Of a stretch of 62,000 bases of DNA, positions 14,325 to 27,939 are shown one piece after another (positions within the stretch are counted from its first letter, which is position 1; each line of letters begins with the position of its first letter). Source of the DNA: Chiloscyllium plagiosum (Eukaryota). The position numbers were made by a program, and so were the translations under genes. The stretch lies in assembly GCF_004010195.1 (NCBI RefSeq), contig NC_057750.1:7384530-7446529 (forward strand), in the 5' to 3' direction. The notes below the pieces were generated by a model. The model saw nothing but the letters and a program-made list of their open reading frames with translations. It was not told where the DNA came from and searched no databases.

Positions 14325-14730
14325 TGAATCTCTTCTGTTTTCCAGGCGCGGTTTCACGTGACGGGACGTCAACTTGCAAATTTCCCGAGTAGGTAGGATC
14401 CCCCACTCAGCCGCCAAACTTTACAGCGATTGGGAAGAGGATACACATTGGGGAACTTAACGGCGCCCTTCCGTCGCCATTGACCAGACTCCATTGGAAG
14501 CAGTGCACCCACCCTCCCCACCCCCCCTCACTCCCCTGACTGGATTTGTTCATGGAAACTGGTTGATCCCTAGCGGGGAGGACTGTCCCAGACCGTCGAC
14601 TGGGTGACGTGCGTTTCAGGCGATGGGTTTGTCCAGGAGATTGGCGACACCGATGGCCTGAGCGCTCCCTGCCCCACGTCTCGCTCCCCCCCCCCCCCCC
14701 CCACCTCCCCCACAACCCCCGCCGAAGAAA
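14325..14730 (+). promoter_or_regulatory. GPR4: Probable splice acceptor and 5' UTR part of the GPR4 coding exon
   Basis: Polypyrimidine tract tctcttctgttttccag ending at 14345; alternative gtttcag at 14619. Unique CpG-containing sequence up to the ATG, with a C17 run at 14686-14702. Confidence 0.5.
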
Positions 14731-15792
14731 ATGTGCAACGTTAGCGATGAGAGCTGCGACGTGGACTCCCGGCTGGACAGCCTCTTCCCTCCAACGCTGT
14801 ACATCTTCGTCATCGTCATCGGGCTCCCCACCAACTGCCTGGCCCTCTGGGCGGCCTACCTGCAGGTCAAGCAGAGGAATGAGCTGGGGGTTTACCTCCT
14901 CAACCTCTCCATCTCTGACCTGCTCTACATCGCCACCCTGCCGCCATGGATCAACTACTTCCTCCACCAGGACAACTGGATCCTGGGCCCCGAGTCCTGC
15001 AAGCTCTTTGGCTTCATCCTCTACACCAACATCTACATCAGCATCGCCTTCCTCAGCTGCATCTCAGTCGACCGCTACTTGGCCGTGGCCCACCCGTTGA
15101 GGTTTGCCAAGATCCGTCGGGTCAAGACGGCGGTTGTCACGAGCGTGGTGGTCTGGACGATCGAGATCATCGCCAACTGCGCCCCACTCTTCCACAATGA
15201 ACTCTTCGAAGACCGCTTCAACCACACCTTCTGCTTTGAGAAGTACCCCATGGAAAAGTGGGTGGCCCAGATGAACCTCTACCGCGTCTTCATCGGGTTC
15301 CTGTTCCCCTGGATCCTGATGCTGTTCTCCTACCAGGGCATCCTCAAGGCCATCAAGGGCAACCTGTCCACCGAGAAGGGGGAGAAGGTGAAGATCAAAC
15401 GCCTGGCCCTCAGCCTCATCGTCATCCTCCTGCTCTGCTTCGCGCCGTACCACATCATCCTGCTCCTGAGGAGCGTCATGTACCTGAGCAGGCCGTGGGA
15501 CTGCAGCTTCGAGGAGAACATCTTCACGGCCTACCACGTCTCGCTGGCCCTGACCAGCCTGAACTGCGTGGCCGACCCCATCCTTTACTGTCTGGTGAAC
15601 GAGGGCGCCCGCAGTGACATGACCAAGGGCCTGGCGCCGCTCCTGAAGTTCTTTGCCAGCTCCAAGTCGACGGATATTGCCCGGTCCGTCACCCTGGACA
15701 CCCCTCTCTCCTCCAAAAAATCCCAATATTTCAACATTGAGCTGGTGGTACTGCGGGAGGACTGTATTCAAATGAAGACTTTGAGTTTATAA
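14731..15792 (+). CDS. GPR4: Proton-sensing G protein-coupled receptor 4 (353 aa, intronless CDS)
   Basis: 7-TM class A GPCR with DRY and DPILY motifs. Colinear with GPR4 signature segments [63 protein letters not shown]. High GC3. Confidence 0.97.
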   Translation: MCNVSDESCDVDSRLDSLFPPTLYIFVIVIGLPTNCLALWAAYLQVKQRNELGVYLLNLSISDLLYIATLPPWINYFLHQDNWILGPESCKLFGFILYTNIYISIAFLSCISVDRYLAVAHPLRFAKIRRVKTAVVTSVVVWTIEIIANCAPLFHNELFEDRFNHTFCFEKYPMEKWVAQMNLYRVFIGFLFPWILMLFSYQGILKAIKGNLSTEKGEKVKIKRLALSLIVILLLCFAPYHIILLLRSVMYLSRPWDCSFEENIFTAYHVSLALTSLNCVADPILYCLVNEGARSDMTKGLAPLLKFFASSKSTDIARSVTLDTPLSSKKSQYFNIELVVLREDCIQMKTLSL

Positions 15793-16554
15793 AGAATGAA
15801 GGACTAAAAATTAAAATCCAAGGGTTGAATGTTGTTTTAGTATTGTTAGCATCATAAATGTATTTTTATAACAGTCCTGTATGCGGCAATGATTTTTATT
15901 TTAAAAGAAACCTTATTTAAATCATTTTGAACTGCTGAGTAACCCTCCCATCAGGCCTCCATTTTCTTTCCTGCTGTCTATTTTGAGATTTACTTTGTCT
16001 CCTTCTCCCTTGCCGTACTTCCTGTGGCCACTGGAGGGTGGATGGGGGCATGCTTAGGATGGGCCAAGATGGCTGCCATGCCAACCCCAAGGGATACCGA
16101 CTGGGGTCGGGTGGATTCCTGGAGTTTTCATCACATGATCACTCTTTCTGCCAATGGCCTTCCAGCACATACACTGGGGTGGGGAGGAGCCAACTAGGCA
16201 TCACTCTGTCACCCGATTGGATGACGCTAGGCTCTCAGGCGAGCCACCATTTTCCCATGGGAGGTTCCTCCACGGTGGCTGCCAACATTGGGATTCATCT
16301 CCAGTTCCTGGAGCCTCCAGGAACGCTATACCCTCTGTCCACAATCTGACATCCGCTGCATGCCTCCATGTGGGTGCTCTGTCAAAATGGAGGTGTGTGG
16401 TGGGAAAACGAAACCCCGTCCTAAACATCTGGGCAGCTCTCGTACCCAGTCACCAGCTGTTTGTCAGCAAAACTATTTAAGGTGCTTGATGTGTTTGGCT
16501 AATATGTTAAAATGGATTGAAGATTGTCCTTGGATAACTGTTCCTTGCTTTAAT

Positions 16555-17345
16555 TCTTTCACAGGATGTGTGCATCACCGACTAGGTTGCCCAACCCTAA
16601 TTGCCCCTTGAGAAGGTGGTGGTGAGCTACCTTCTTGAACCGCTACAGTCCTTGTGGTATAGGGACACCCTTGGGGAGGGAGTTCCAGGATTTTGACCCA
16701 GTGGCGTTGAAGGAACGGCGATATATTTCCAAATCGGGATGGGGAAGTGGGACATTCGCAGGGGGTGGTGTTCCCATGTTTCTGCTGCCCTTGTCTGTCT
16801 AGATGATGGAAGTCATGAGTTTTGAAGGTGGTGTCTGAGGAGATGTGGTGAGATGCTGCAGTGCATCTTGTAGATGGTACACACTGCTGCGACTGAGGGT
16901 TGATGGTGGAGGGGACAGAATGTCAAAGGTGGTGGATGTGGGGCCAATCAAGCAGGGGGGGGGGGGCAGCTTTGTCCTGGATGGTGTTGAGCTTCTTAAG
17001 TGTTGTTGGAGCTGCCCCCATCCAGGGCAAAGTGGGGGGGTATTCCATCATACTCCTGTCTTGTGCCTTGTAGATGGTGGGAGTCAAGATTAGAGTGGTG
17101 CTGGAGAAGCACAGGAGGTCAGGCAGCATCCGAGGAGCCGGAAAATCGACGTTTCAGGCAAAAGCCCTTCATCAGGAATTGTAGACGGTGGACAGGGTTT
17201 GGGGAGTCAGGGGGTGAGTGACTTGCTGAAGGATTCCAGCCTCTGACCTGCTCTTGTAACCCCAGGATTAATACAGTCGGTCCAGTTGAGTTCCTGGTCA
17301 ATGTTCAGCCCTGCGATGTTGAGGATGGGTGAAATTCAGTGACAG
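16555..17345 (-). mobile_element. LINE 3' fragment (CR1/L2 group) interrupted by a short PLE insertion
   Basis: Peptide IYKAQDRSMMEY...WMGAAPTTLKKLNTIQDKAA; tail ttcaagaaggtagctcaccaccaccttctcaaggggcaattaggg; related copies at 27780-27910, 30900-31125, 37770-37950. Confidence 0.8.
17081..17180 (-). mobile_element. Short PLE terminal-repeat insertion containing a hammerhead motif
   Basis: TSD ttgtagayggtgg at 17068-17080 and 17179-17191; CTGATGA-A-GGGC-TTTT-GCCT-GAAA-CG-TC. Confidence 0.8.
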
Positions 17346-18052
17346 TAGTGCCACAGGTCGCCTGTCCAGACTCAGACAGAACCAAATATCAAACCGAGGA
17401 AGTTGTTTTCTTTCTGGCTCACAGTACACTCTGCTTCTTTGCTGAGGAATAAGTCCGCCAGGGCCAATCTCAATACCCCAGTGGTGAGGTGAGAACCATC
17501 TCTCCCCCAACGTCCTTGCATTATGATCAAGAGTTGATTCCTACCCTCCATGCTTTCCCTTCCCCATCCATAGTCGAGGGCACTGAGGCCAATGCCAGTC
17601 ATCCTCCTTGGCACCACTTCAACCTCACAAAAGCAACACTGCACGTGGGATCCTCCAAGATGGAGCCTTGGGCATTCCTGAGCTGCCAATACTGACCGAT
17701 GCCATCAGCTGCCAAGGCCTTAAACCTTTGACATGACACAAAGAACTAACCAGCTGTAGAGGCAAAGACTGCTGAAGACACCATCTATCATTTCTGCGGC
17801 GCTACCAGTGCGCCAGACTCGGAACAGACCCGCCAGCTCGAGACTGGGCACCCACAAGGCACCAGCAGAATCTGTACTCTGACAAACCCACAACCTCGCG
17901 GGCCCCCCTACTCTCCCACCGGCGCAACTCCACGCCACGAGGAACTCACCCGGCAAACCCGACAAAAACAACAGGGTGAGGCCGCGACAGCGTTGCCTGC
18001 TAAACAACTGACGGAGCAGGCCATGGTAGAGCAAAGCGATCCCACCACCAAC

Positions 18053-18174
18053 GAGGAGAAAGTGAGGTCTGCAGATGCTGGAGATCAGAGTAGAGAGTGT
18101 GGCGCTGGAAAAGCACAACAGCATCCCAGGAACAGGAGAATCGATGTTTCGGGCAAAAGCCCTTCATCAGGAAT
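18053..18174 (-). mobile_element. Short PLE terminal-repeat insertion containing a hammerhead motif
   Basis: TSD ccaccaccaac at 18042-18052 and 18175-18185; CTGATGA-A-GGGC-TTTT-GCCC-GAAA-CA-TC. Confidence 0.8.
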
Positions 18175-19134
18175 CCACCACCAACCAGACCAGATCTAAG
18201 CTCTGCAGCCCTGTCACATCCAGTCGGGAATGATGGTGGACGATGAACTGACTGGGGGAGGAAGATCTCCAACTGATTTGGGGACTGCCACTGACTCCTG
18301 CAGCCGGAGTGGCCAGTGAACAGTCCATCTCCAGAGGACCCCAGCCAAACCAGTCGCCAGTCTTCAGCTAATTCAACCCACTCTCCACTGCAGCAAGAAA
18401 TGGTTGAAGGTACAGGATACGGTGAAGATGGTGGTGCCTTGACGAATGTTTCAGCTGTTGTTCTGAAGACCCGTGCTCCAGATAGTCTGTGCAGCGTATG
18501 ACTGAAATTTGCACTGCGGGTGGGGAGGAAGCATATTTTGTCACATCCTCCAACGCCCACACCGTCCCCTCTCTCCACTCCCATTGAGGAAAGTGGCAAA
18601 TCAGAGCTCAGCTCTGTCCCGTGATCTCATTGTCCAATAGTTTCCAGCCTTGAGCAATGACTGAAGAAAATCTAAACCAACCCTTGAACCAACTGATGAA
18701 CTAACAGCTCTGGCTACACAGCACAGGGCTAGCTCAGTGGTTAGTGCTGCTGCCTCACAGTGCCAGGGACCTGGGTTCGATTCCACCCGTGGGTGACTGT
18801 CTGTGTACAGTTTGTACATTCTCCCTGGGTTTCCTCTCACAGTCCAAATGGGTGGGTTGACTGTGCTCACTTGCCCTTGTAGTGCCAAGGCACATGTGGA
18901 TTAGTCATGGGAAGTACAGGGCTGGGATACCCTTTGGAGGGCTGGTGTAAACTTGATGGGCCAAATGGCTTATTTTTGCACTGTGGGGATTCTATACAAC
19001 AACAAGAAGGCACTTTTCACGAAAAATGCTTAGCAAACAACAACATTTGATTTCTGTATCTTGAGGAATCTAGGCCTGTAGAGGGGCAAGAGAGGAGGGA
19101 GATAATTCAACAATTCCAGCTTGTACATGCACAA

Positions 19135-19640
19135 TAGAGTCACAGAGATGTACAGCACAGAAACAGACCCTTCAATCCAACTCGTCCATGCTGACCAGTT
19201 ATCCTAAATTAATCTAGTCCCATTTGCCAGCATATCCCTCCAAACCCTTCTTATTCATATACCCATGTTGTAATTGTACCAGCCTCCACCACTTCCTCTG
19301 GCAGCTCATTCCATACACGCACCACCCGCTGTATGAAAACATTGCACCAAATATCTTTCCCCTCTCACCTTAAACCTATACCCTCTAGTTTTGGACTCCC
19401 CCACCCCAGGCAAAAGACCTTGGCTATTCACCCTATCCATGCCCCTCCTGATTTTATAAACCTTTATAAGGTCACCCCTCAGCCTCCGACGCTCCAGGGA
19501 AAACAGCCCCAGCCTGTTCAGCCACTCCCTATCGCTCAAACCCTCCAACCCTGGCAACATCCTTGACTATTCTTCCTTCACACTTTCAAGTTTCACAACA
19601 TCTTTCTTATAGCAGGGAGACCTGACCTGAACACAGTACT
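19135..19640 (-). mobile_element. CR1/HER1 3' fragment
   Basis: RLGLFSLERRRLRGDLIKVYK motif and tail. Confidence 0.9.
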
Positions 19641-20657
19641 CAAGGACGGTAGATGTTGGTAACTGCTGTCCCGATTTCTGTTATAAAAGGGTAGGAAGGG
19701 TTTTGGGTGAGGAGGTGGGTATTTGGAGTTAGGACATAAGTCAGCCATGACCTTACAGAACAGCAGAACATATTAGAAGGGCCGAATGTCTTCCCCCATC
19801 CCTTATTGGTTTAAAATTTACAACCAGCCACCATAAGAAGATATTGAGGCCAGTGAACAGAAGCTTGGTTAAAGCTTTTTGTGAAAGGTATTAATGAAGG
19901 AGGGAATTCCAGAGCTTGGGATCCAAGCGGCTGAAGAGATGGCTGCCAATAAAACTAGGAGATGTGCAGAGAGCCAACACTGAGAATGAGAGAGACATCT
20001 GCCTCAGCACCTGTGAGAATTTGGAATAAAATTCTCATAGCAAGACAGAAATTGGAATTGCTGCCATCCCTCAGATTTTGAAGTCACTATTGAAGGCCAC
20101 AATTTAGAAAAATTAAATACTTGCATTAATCTTCCAAGCACTAGGTGTCAGTAGTGTGATTTGTGGACTAAGATGGGGGGGGTTATCTTCCATCTAAAAA
20201 TTGGTCTATGTTAATTTTTGTGTTGAGATTCATGATCATCTTTTGCCTATTGAGGTGGAGAAAGATAGAGGTCAGCATTTATAGGTGAATTCTGGACAGA
20301 GTTAGTTATTCAATGACCATTGATGGGTCCACATTTGCCTGCATTAGGCTCATATCCCTCTAAACTGTTCCTGTTCAGATACCTGTCCAAATGTCTTTTA
20401 AAATGTCACTGCACTGCAGGATCTAGGCAAGAAAGTGCAGTTGAGGCTTCGGTCAGATGGGTCAAGGCCTCACCGCAGGGTGTGATAGGCTTCACCCTGC
20501 TCCTACATTCTACATCTGCAGGTGTGGCTCCCTGGTGTCAGTCACTAGCTGTCCCCTCCCCACCTGCCAGGTTTCCACCCCAATGGTGAACTCCAGGTGT
20601 GTCACCAGGCCGCCTACAGGGGACACTTACCTGCCATGAATCAGGTGGATGTTGCAG

Positions 20658-20982
20658 CAGGGCACGGTGGCTCAGTGGTTATCCTCACGGCACCAGGGAC
20701 CCGGGTTCCATTCCAGTCTCGGGCGACTGTGTGGCATTTACACATTCTCCTCGTGTCTGTGTGCGTTTCCTCCGGGTGCTCCGGTTTCCTCCCATCATCC
20801 AAAGATGTCCAGGTTAGGGTGGACTGGCCATGCTAAATTGTCCATAGTATTGAGGGATGTGTAGGTTAGGTGCATTAGTCAGGGGTAACCGTAGAGTAAT
20901 GGGGGAGGGGAATGGGTCTGGGTGGGATACTCTTTGGAGACTTGTTGGGCTGAAGGGCCTGTTTCCACACTGTAGGGATTCT
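20658..20982 (+). mobile_element. HE1-like SINE
   Basis: Head, core and tail present. Confidence 0.85.
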
Positions 20983-21234
20983 TTGGTGCCAATCTGTCTT
21001 CACTTCCCAACAAGACTTGGTAGGGGCACCTCTCAAACACACGGGCGATCTGACTGAGGGGCAGAAAATGATGAAATGGGGTGGGGGAGAGGGGTGGCAG
21101 ATTGTGAGGAACCTTTTCCCCAGAGCAGACATGCCTATTCCCAGACAGCACAAGCTTAAGGTAAGGAGTTTGCATGTTTGCCCCGTGTCTGCATAGGTTT
21201 CTTCCCGCTGCTCTGGTGTCTTCCACACATTCCA

Positions 21235-21478
21235 AAGATGTGCAGGTTAGGGTGGATTAGCCGTGCTAAATTGCCCCATAGTGCACAGGGATGTGCAGGT
21301 TAGGGTGGATTGGCCGTGCTAAATTACCCCACAGTGCCCAGGGATGTGTAGGTTAGGGTGGATTGGCCGTGCTAAATTACCCCATAGTGCCCAGGGATGT
21401 GCAGATTAGGGTGGATTGGCCGTGCTAAATTGCCCCATAGTGTCCAAAGAAATGCCGGTTAGGGTGGATTGGCCATAG
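21235..21478 (+). repeat. ~53 bp tandem repeat (about 4.5 copies) derived from HE1-like SINE interior
   Basis: gatgtgcaggttagggtggattggccgtgctaaattrccccatagtgcccagg repeated; similar array on minus at 36070-36260. Confidence 0.9.
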
Positions 21479-22099
21479 TTAGAAATTGGTATGGAGGAGG
21501 TCTGAGCAAACAGTTTTTCACCTGGAGGGGTGGTAGAAATATGAAACGTGCTAACTGAGGAGGTGGTGGAGGTACTTTTGTAACATTTAAGAAGCATCTG
21601 GATGAGCACTTAAATTGGCAGGGCACAGTAAATGGAGCAAGTGCAGGTAAATGGGATGAGTGTCATTTGGTATTTGCTGGTCAGCATAGTCATGGTGGGC
21701 CGAAGGGCCTGTTTCCTTGCTGTACGACTCTATAGCTGACATTCGCCACACCCTCACCTCTCAAGCCACCTAGACAGGGCAAAAAGATGAGTGAGCGTAC
21801 CCTTGATAAAGTGAGAGTCCAAACTCTCTCAGGGGGACAGAGCAAGGTGAACGGGACTGCTCGGTGGAGAGTTAGTATCGGCATATCGGGCTGTATGGCC
21901 TCCTTCTGAGCCCTAAATGAAGAACGACCACTCTGACCAAGCACCCCCAGAGGTACCACCCAGTGTAAGCTGGCATTCGTGAGGGAGAGCAGAGAAAAAC
22001 CACCTCTTCAAATCAATTTCAACAGGGGACTGAGGTTGTTACTCCTGAGTGCAATGATCTGTGCGTACTGCGACACCTGTCACCATAGAAACGTTTACT

Positions 22100-22395
22100 C
22101 TAGAAACTGTCATAATGCTCCAGGGATTGTTGCTCTCAGGATTTCACTCCCAGGACTGTTACCCAATAAATTATTACTCCAGGATTCATTCCTTCGGGAA
22201 TGTTGCTCCAGGGAACATTATCATCTGAATTGATACTCCAAGGATTGCTCCTCAGGGATTGTTACTCCAGGGGACTGTTAGTCCACAATTATTCCTCCAG
22301 GGATTGTTTCTCTGGGAATGTTACTCAGGACATGTTACTGTGAGAACTGTTACTCCAGGAATTGACCACTTTTGCTCCAGGGACTGTTACTCCTG
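22100..22395. repeat. Degenerate ~15-17 bp minisatellite (ctccagggattgtta-like)
   Basis: Repeated ctcc(a)gggaYtgtta variants over ~300 bp. Confidence 0.75.
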
Positions 22396-23006
22396 ATCTG
22401 CAAAGTGTCAACTTCGAGTCTGTCAGCTGGTGAAGAAGCCTCTTCTGCTGCAGAACCAGCTCTCTTTAACCGCGAGACCGTGAGCTCAATGTTGTCCTTT
22501 CAAAATGGTCTTTGAGGCTGCTGCTGCGCACTGGCACTTGATGTAGACCCACTGCCGGCCGAGCCGAGAGATGTCATCCTCCGAGTTCGTAGAAGTGAGA
22601 CAGAGATCTCTGAGGGGAGGAGGGAGGTCACGTGGCAAATATCCAAGGATTCCTAGGAGGTAGAGGAAGATGTCAAAGACCGTTGGGTTCCAATCCGTCC
22701 AGGAAGACCGCCCAGCACACTCCCCACGCCCATCGCTCAAGGAATTCCCAGAGCTCCCGTGTTCCCTGCAGGATGCTGGAATGACCTTGAGCTGGCAGTC
22801 GGTCTATATCTTCCCCCCCCCACTTGGCCCCAGGGGGCGAGGATGTTGGTGAGAAGCAGAGGAGCCTCAAGTGAAGTCAACACTGACTCAGAAGGAAGCA
22901 AGAACAGACTGCATTTGTGTGACGCCAGTAACATCCTTGGGATGTCCCAATCCTGCTGGGGGCAGCCAATGAGCAGTGGCAAGGTGGGAAAGGTGACATC
23001 TGGTTG

Positions 23007-23341
23007 ACATACATACACCCCAACACAGACACACTCTCTCACTCTCACTTACACACTCTTACACATACACACACTCACACTTTCTCTCACACATACAGGC
23101 ACATACACACACGCACATACACACAGATACACACACAATCTGTCACACACACACTCACACATGCACACACACACTCTCGCACACACACACACATACTCAC
23201 TCTCACACATACAGGCACATAACACACAGACACACCCTTTTATCTCACTCATACATACAGAGAGACACACACACACACTCTCACATACACACAGAGACAC
23301 ACATACACACTCTCTGTCTCACACACACACACACACACACA
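23007..23341. repeat. Compound (CA)n/(CT)n microsatellite
   Basis: Direct inspection. Confidence 0.97.
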
Positions 23342-25439
23342 GGTTGAGGGTGGAACCTTAATCAGGGCCACCAGAGAGAATATGCCTGCCTTTTGTTGAA
23401 TTATTTTGCCTCCATCTGAGAAATGAGCCTTGGTTTCTTCTCTCATCCCAGAGCTCGATAATACTTTCCCTCCCGTTGGTATTTAAATGACCACACCTTG
23501 GTGTCAATGCCCCTTTCTGAGTGGTGCCAATGCGTTTGAGATCTGCCTCGCTCCCCCCTTGCTGTAGCGGCATGTGCCACATTCTGAACACTGTCTGGGT
23601 AAAAGCAGCTCCCCCCCCCCAAATTCCTCCATTGGATTTATCGCAGTGACCATCCCAGCAGGTGGTACGGTGGCTCAGTGGTTAGCACTGCTGCCTCACA
23701 GTGTCAGGGACCTGGGTTCGGTTCCAGCCTCAGGCGACTGTCTGTGTGGTGTTTGCACATTCTCCCTGTGTCTGTGTGGGTTTCCTCCCACAATCCAAAG
23801 ATGTGCAGGTCATGGTGGATTGACCGTGCTAAATTGTCCCATGTAGTGTCCAAGGATGTGCAGATTAGGGTGGATTCGCCAGGCTAGATTGTCCCACATG
23901 GTGTCCAGGCTAGGTGGGTTAGCTATGGTAAATGTTGGGTGTGAGAGTGGGATGCTCTTCAGAAGATCAGTGTAGTCCTGTTGGGCCAAATGGCCTCTTT
24001 CTGCACTGTAGGGTGTCTATGATTGTAAACTCAAGAGCCTGAGTTTCGGCATGCTCTATATGGATGGAAGCACTGTTCTAGCCAACCAAACAATATCTTT
24101 TTGACCCTGAACAACACATCTCTCAATGGGATAGGCCCAGCCCCTTCCGTGATAGAGAACCATGATGCTCTGAAAGCAGATGTCCTGTGACATTGGCACA
24201 AGTGGTGCACTTGCACTTACTTCATCAGGGTAAGAGAGAAGGTCACATGCCAAAGAGGGATATGACCTAGCAGAGAAGAAACACATGATGGTTTGAAGAG
24301 ATAGACCAAATGGTCTTTCTATGCCAAGTCCTGGGTGGGGGGCCCGAAATGGGACTCCTGGACTCAGGCCATTCCTTCGTTCTTCTGAACAGACTGACTG
24401 ATATCGTCCAAAGACCCTGCAGACCCACGGCGACCTGGCACGCCAGGGTTGGGGGTGGGTGCTGGGCGTGGTGATGGGCTCCTTTGAGAAATCTGGGATT
24501 GTGGTAAAGAATAAGGTTCCAGAAGGACTTGCCCCACTGGGAAAGAACACGCACATATTTCCGGTCCGTTCAAGTGAGGAGTCCCGGTTGGAATTTAAAA
24601 ACGTCCGGTAGGCCCGTGCCAGTGGAAGGGACGACCCCAAACGACCCCCACACAACTACTCACAACACAGGCCGTTCAGCCCATCAACTCTCGACTAGCA
24701 TTTATACTTCAATGCTCACCTTCTAACCCCTATCAGCAGAGGATTCTATCCCCTTGCCCCCACGTGCATTGCCCCCACCCCCACCCCCGGGATATTTCTG
24801 TTCCCCTCACCCTAACCGCTGCCCACAGGTGCGAGTCCCCACTCCTTGGGCGGCAGCATTCCTTTTTATTCTTGACGCGCTTCTTGGGATTAGTGTCTAA
24901 GGTAAATTCATGTCCCTTGGTGTTTTTTTTTTCTTGCAAGAGGAACAAGGGGAAGGAAAAGACTGTTTTACGATGCCAATGCAGTTGGACAGGATCATGC
25001 ACCGTCCTTAGGAATTAGCAGCTTCCTGCACTGACTGTGATCTTGCCTAAAAATGAGGAGAGCCACTGTCTCATTGTTCTTCCATTCTGTGTTGTACTGT
25101 GATGATAATTTTCTATTTGCAGCCTATGGGATTGACTTGAATTCGAGCATTTGACTGCAGACTATGTTTGAAAGACTCCCACGGTTCCTGTCAACACCAG
25201 AGAGAGTTTGGTACAAATGTTGCACTCTGTAAATAAAAGTTTTATGCATATTATTGTGCGTTGGTGTCTCTTGTTCTGTGACAAAACCTCGGCAGGAATT
25301 CTGCCAGCGAAGATACATAGTTGTCTGGCAAATAGTTAACCAAGCAGTTAAATTGTTAACCAGCTCAACCTGGTCAGTGAGGTCATTCTCCACTTTGCTA
25401 AAGAAGAGTTGGACCCAAGGGTCTGTTTCTGTGCTCATA

Positions 25440-25950
25440 GTGTCATAGAGATGTACAGCACAGAAACAGACCCTTCGGTCCAACCCGTCCATGCTGACCA
25501 GATATCCCAACCTAATCTAGTCCCACCTGCCAGCACCCGGCCCATATCCCTCCAAACCCTTCCTATTCATATACCCATCCAGATGCCTCTTAAATGTTGC
25601 AATTGTACCAGCCTCCACCACTTCCTCTGGCAGCTCATTCCATACACACACCACCCTCTGCGTCAAAACGTTGCCCCTTAGGTTTCTTTTATATCTTTCC
25701 CCTCTCACCGTAAACCTATGCCCTGTAGTTTTGGACTCCCCGACCCCAGGAAAAGACCTTGTTTATTTATCCTATCCATGCCCCCTCGTGATTTTCTAAA
25801 CCTCAATAAGGTCATCCCTCAGCCTCTGACGCTGCGGGGAAAACAGCCCCAGCCTGTTCAACTCTCCTGACAGCTCAGATTTTCCAACCTTGTAAGTCTT
25901 TTCTGGACCCTTACAAGTTTCACAACATCTTTCCAATAGGAAGGAGACCA
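25440..25950 (-). mobile_element. CR1/HER1 3' fragment
   Basis: TQRVVCVWNELPEEVVEAG motif and tail. Confidence 0.9.
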
Positions 25951-27939
25951 GTGCTGTACAACTCTAACAGTAACTGGCACAGAGGTCAGATGATAATCTT
26001 TGACCTTTAAGATCAACACATCAGTCAACTCTCCAGGTTTACCTGTGACCTTGATTTGGCCTCAGTCTTAATGCTTTCAGGGTCATGAATTGAACTCAAA
26101 AACGGCCTTCAAACTAAAGGAAGATGGTATTTATATGAAGAAGAATCACCGCCTCACAGCGCCTGGGACCCCGGTTCGATTCCACCCTCGGGTGACTGAC
26201 GATATGGAGTTTGCACGTTCTCCCTGTGTCTTTGTGGGTTTTCTCTGGGTGTTCCAGTTTCCTCTCACAGTCAAAGAGATGTGTAGGTTAGTTAGATTGG
26301 CCATGGGGAAATTACCCAGAGCATCCAGGGATGTGTAGGCTAGGTGGATCAGGAATGGGAAATGCAGGGTTACAGGCATAGGATAGTGGTATGGGTCTGG
26401 GTGGGATGCTCTTCGGAGGGTCAGTGTGGACTCATTGGGCCGAATGGCCTGTAGGGATTCAGTGGAATTAGGGGCAAACCATTAACTAAAATAAAAGAAC
26501 TCTGGGTAGTGTCAGAAACAAAAACAAATTGCTGGAAAAGCTCAGCAGGTTTGGCAGCATCTGTGGAGAGAAATCAGAGTTAACGTTTCAGGTCAAGTTA
26601 CCTTTCCTCAGTTCTGCCTCAGAAGGTAGTCAAGATTCAACCACACCACTCTGATGAAAGATTATCTAGATTTGGAACATCAGCTTCACAGATGCTGTCT
26701 GACCCGCTATGATCTCTAGCATTTTTTTCCTTTTCAACCCCATTGCTGCGGGTCTGGAGTCACGTGTAGGCCCAGACCAGGTAAGGATGGCAGATTTCCT
26801 TCCCTAAAGACATGACTAACCCAGATGGGGTTTTTCCAACAATGGATTCATGTTCATCATTACACTCATCCACATTTTCCACGTTTCTTTTTATTGAATT
26901 CAAATTCCACCATCTGCCAAAGCAGGATTTAAACCCGGGTCCCTAGAACAGGGTCTCTGGATTAAAAGTCCAGCGGTAATACCACGAAGCCATCACCTCT
27001 CTTGGGATACTTTCTCCTTCCTGCCTCATTTGTAATCATCCGGATCCTTTTTGGATCCAAAATCAGGGACATTTAGACCTGCATATTCTTTATTCATTCA
27101 CAGGATGAGGGTGTTGATGGCTAGGCAACATTTATTGACCGTCCCTAATTGTCCAGAGTGGGGTGGTCAATAGTCAACCCCGTTGCTGTGGGTCTGGAGT
27201 CACATGTAGGCCAGATCAGGTAAGGATGGCAGTTTCCTTCCCTAAATGGTGTTAGTGAACCCGATGGGTTTCCCCCAGCAATGGATTCCTGGTCATCATG
27301 CGATTCTTAATTCCAGATTTTTATTGGATTCAAATTCCACCATCTGCCGTGGTTGGATTTGAGCCCAGGTCCCTAAAACGTTACGTGGGTCTCTGGATTA
27401 ATAGCCCAGCGATAATACCACTGTTGGTGGGTCTGTGTGATTTGCAGCAAACCATGCTCTGACCCGAGTTGCCCCTGTCCTCCAACTTCTGCACCCACGA
27501 ACGTGGTTGCAAGGTGAGCAAACCACCATCCTCACTCCCCCTCTGTACGTGATTCCTGATGGGGCTAGATGTATTGCACAGGGTTTCCCAGTCTGGGGGC
27601 CTGGGCCTGTGAGTGGACTCACAAGATCTGAGCAAGCAATTACTGTCATACAGCTCCGTCTGACTTACACACAGAATCGTCAGGGCACAGCAGGAGGCCA
27701 TTTGGCCCATTGTGCTTGCACCAGCTCCTCAGATGCGCGTCATTACCTCATGTCAATCTCCGGCTCATGTCTCTCTCAGGGCATCGTGGGTCAACCCACA
27801 GCAGGGGGACTGCAGCAGTTCAAGAAGGCAGCTCATCCCCACCTTCTCAAGGGGGCAACTAGGGACGGGGCAATAAATGCCGTCCCAACCAGAGATACCC
27901 ATGTCCCACAAGTAAAGCGAGCCAACTTTCAGTGGTCAA

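Noticed and set aside
15064..15771. 235 aa antisense ORF and other overlapping ORFs around GPR4
   Set aside because: Shadow frames caused by the high GC3 codon bias of GPR4.
23004..23446. His/Thr- and Cys/Val-rich ORFs
   Set aside because: Translations of a CA microsatellite.
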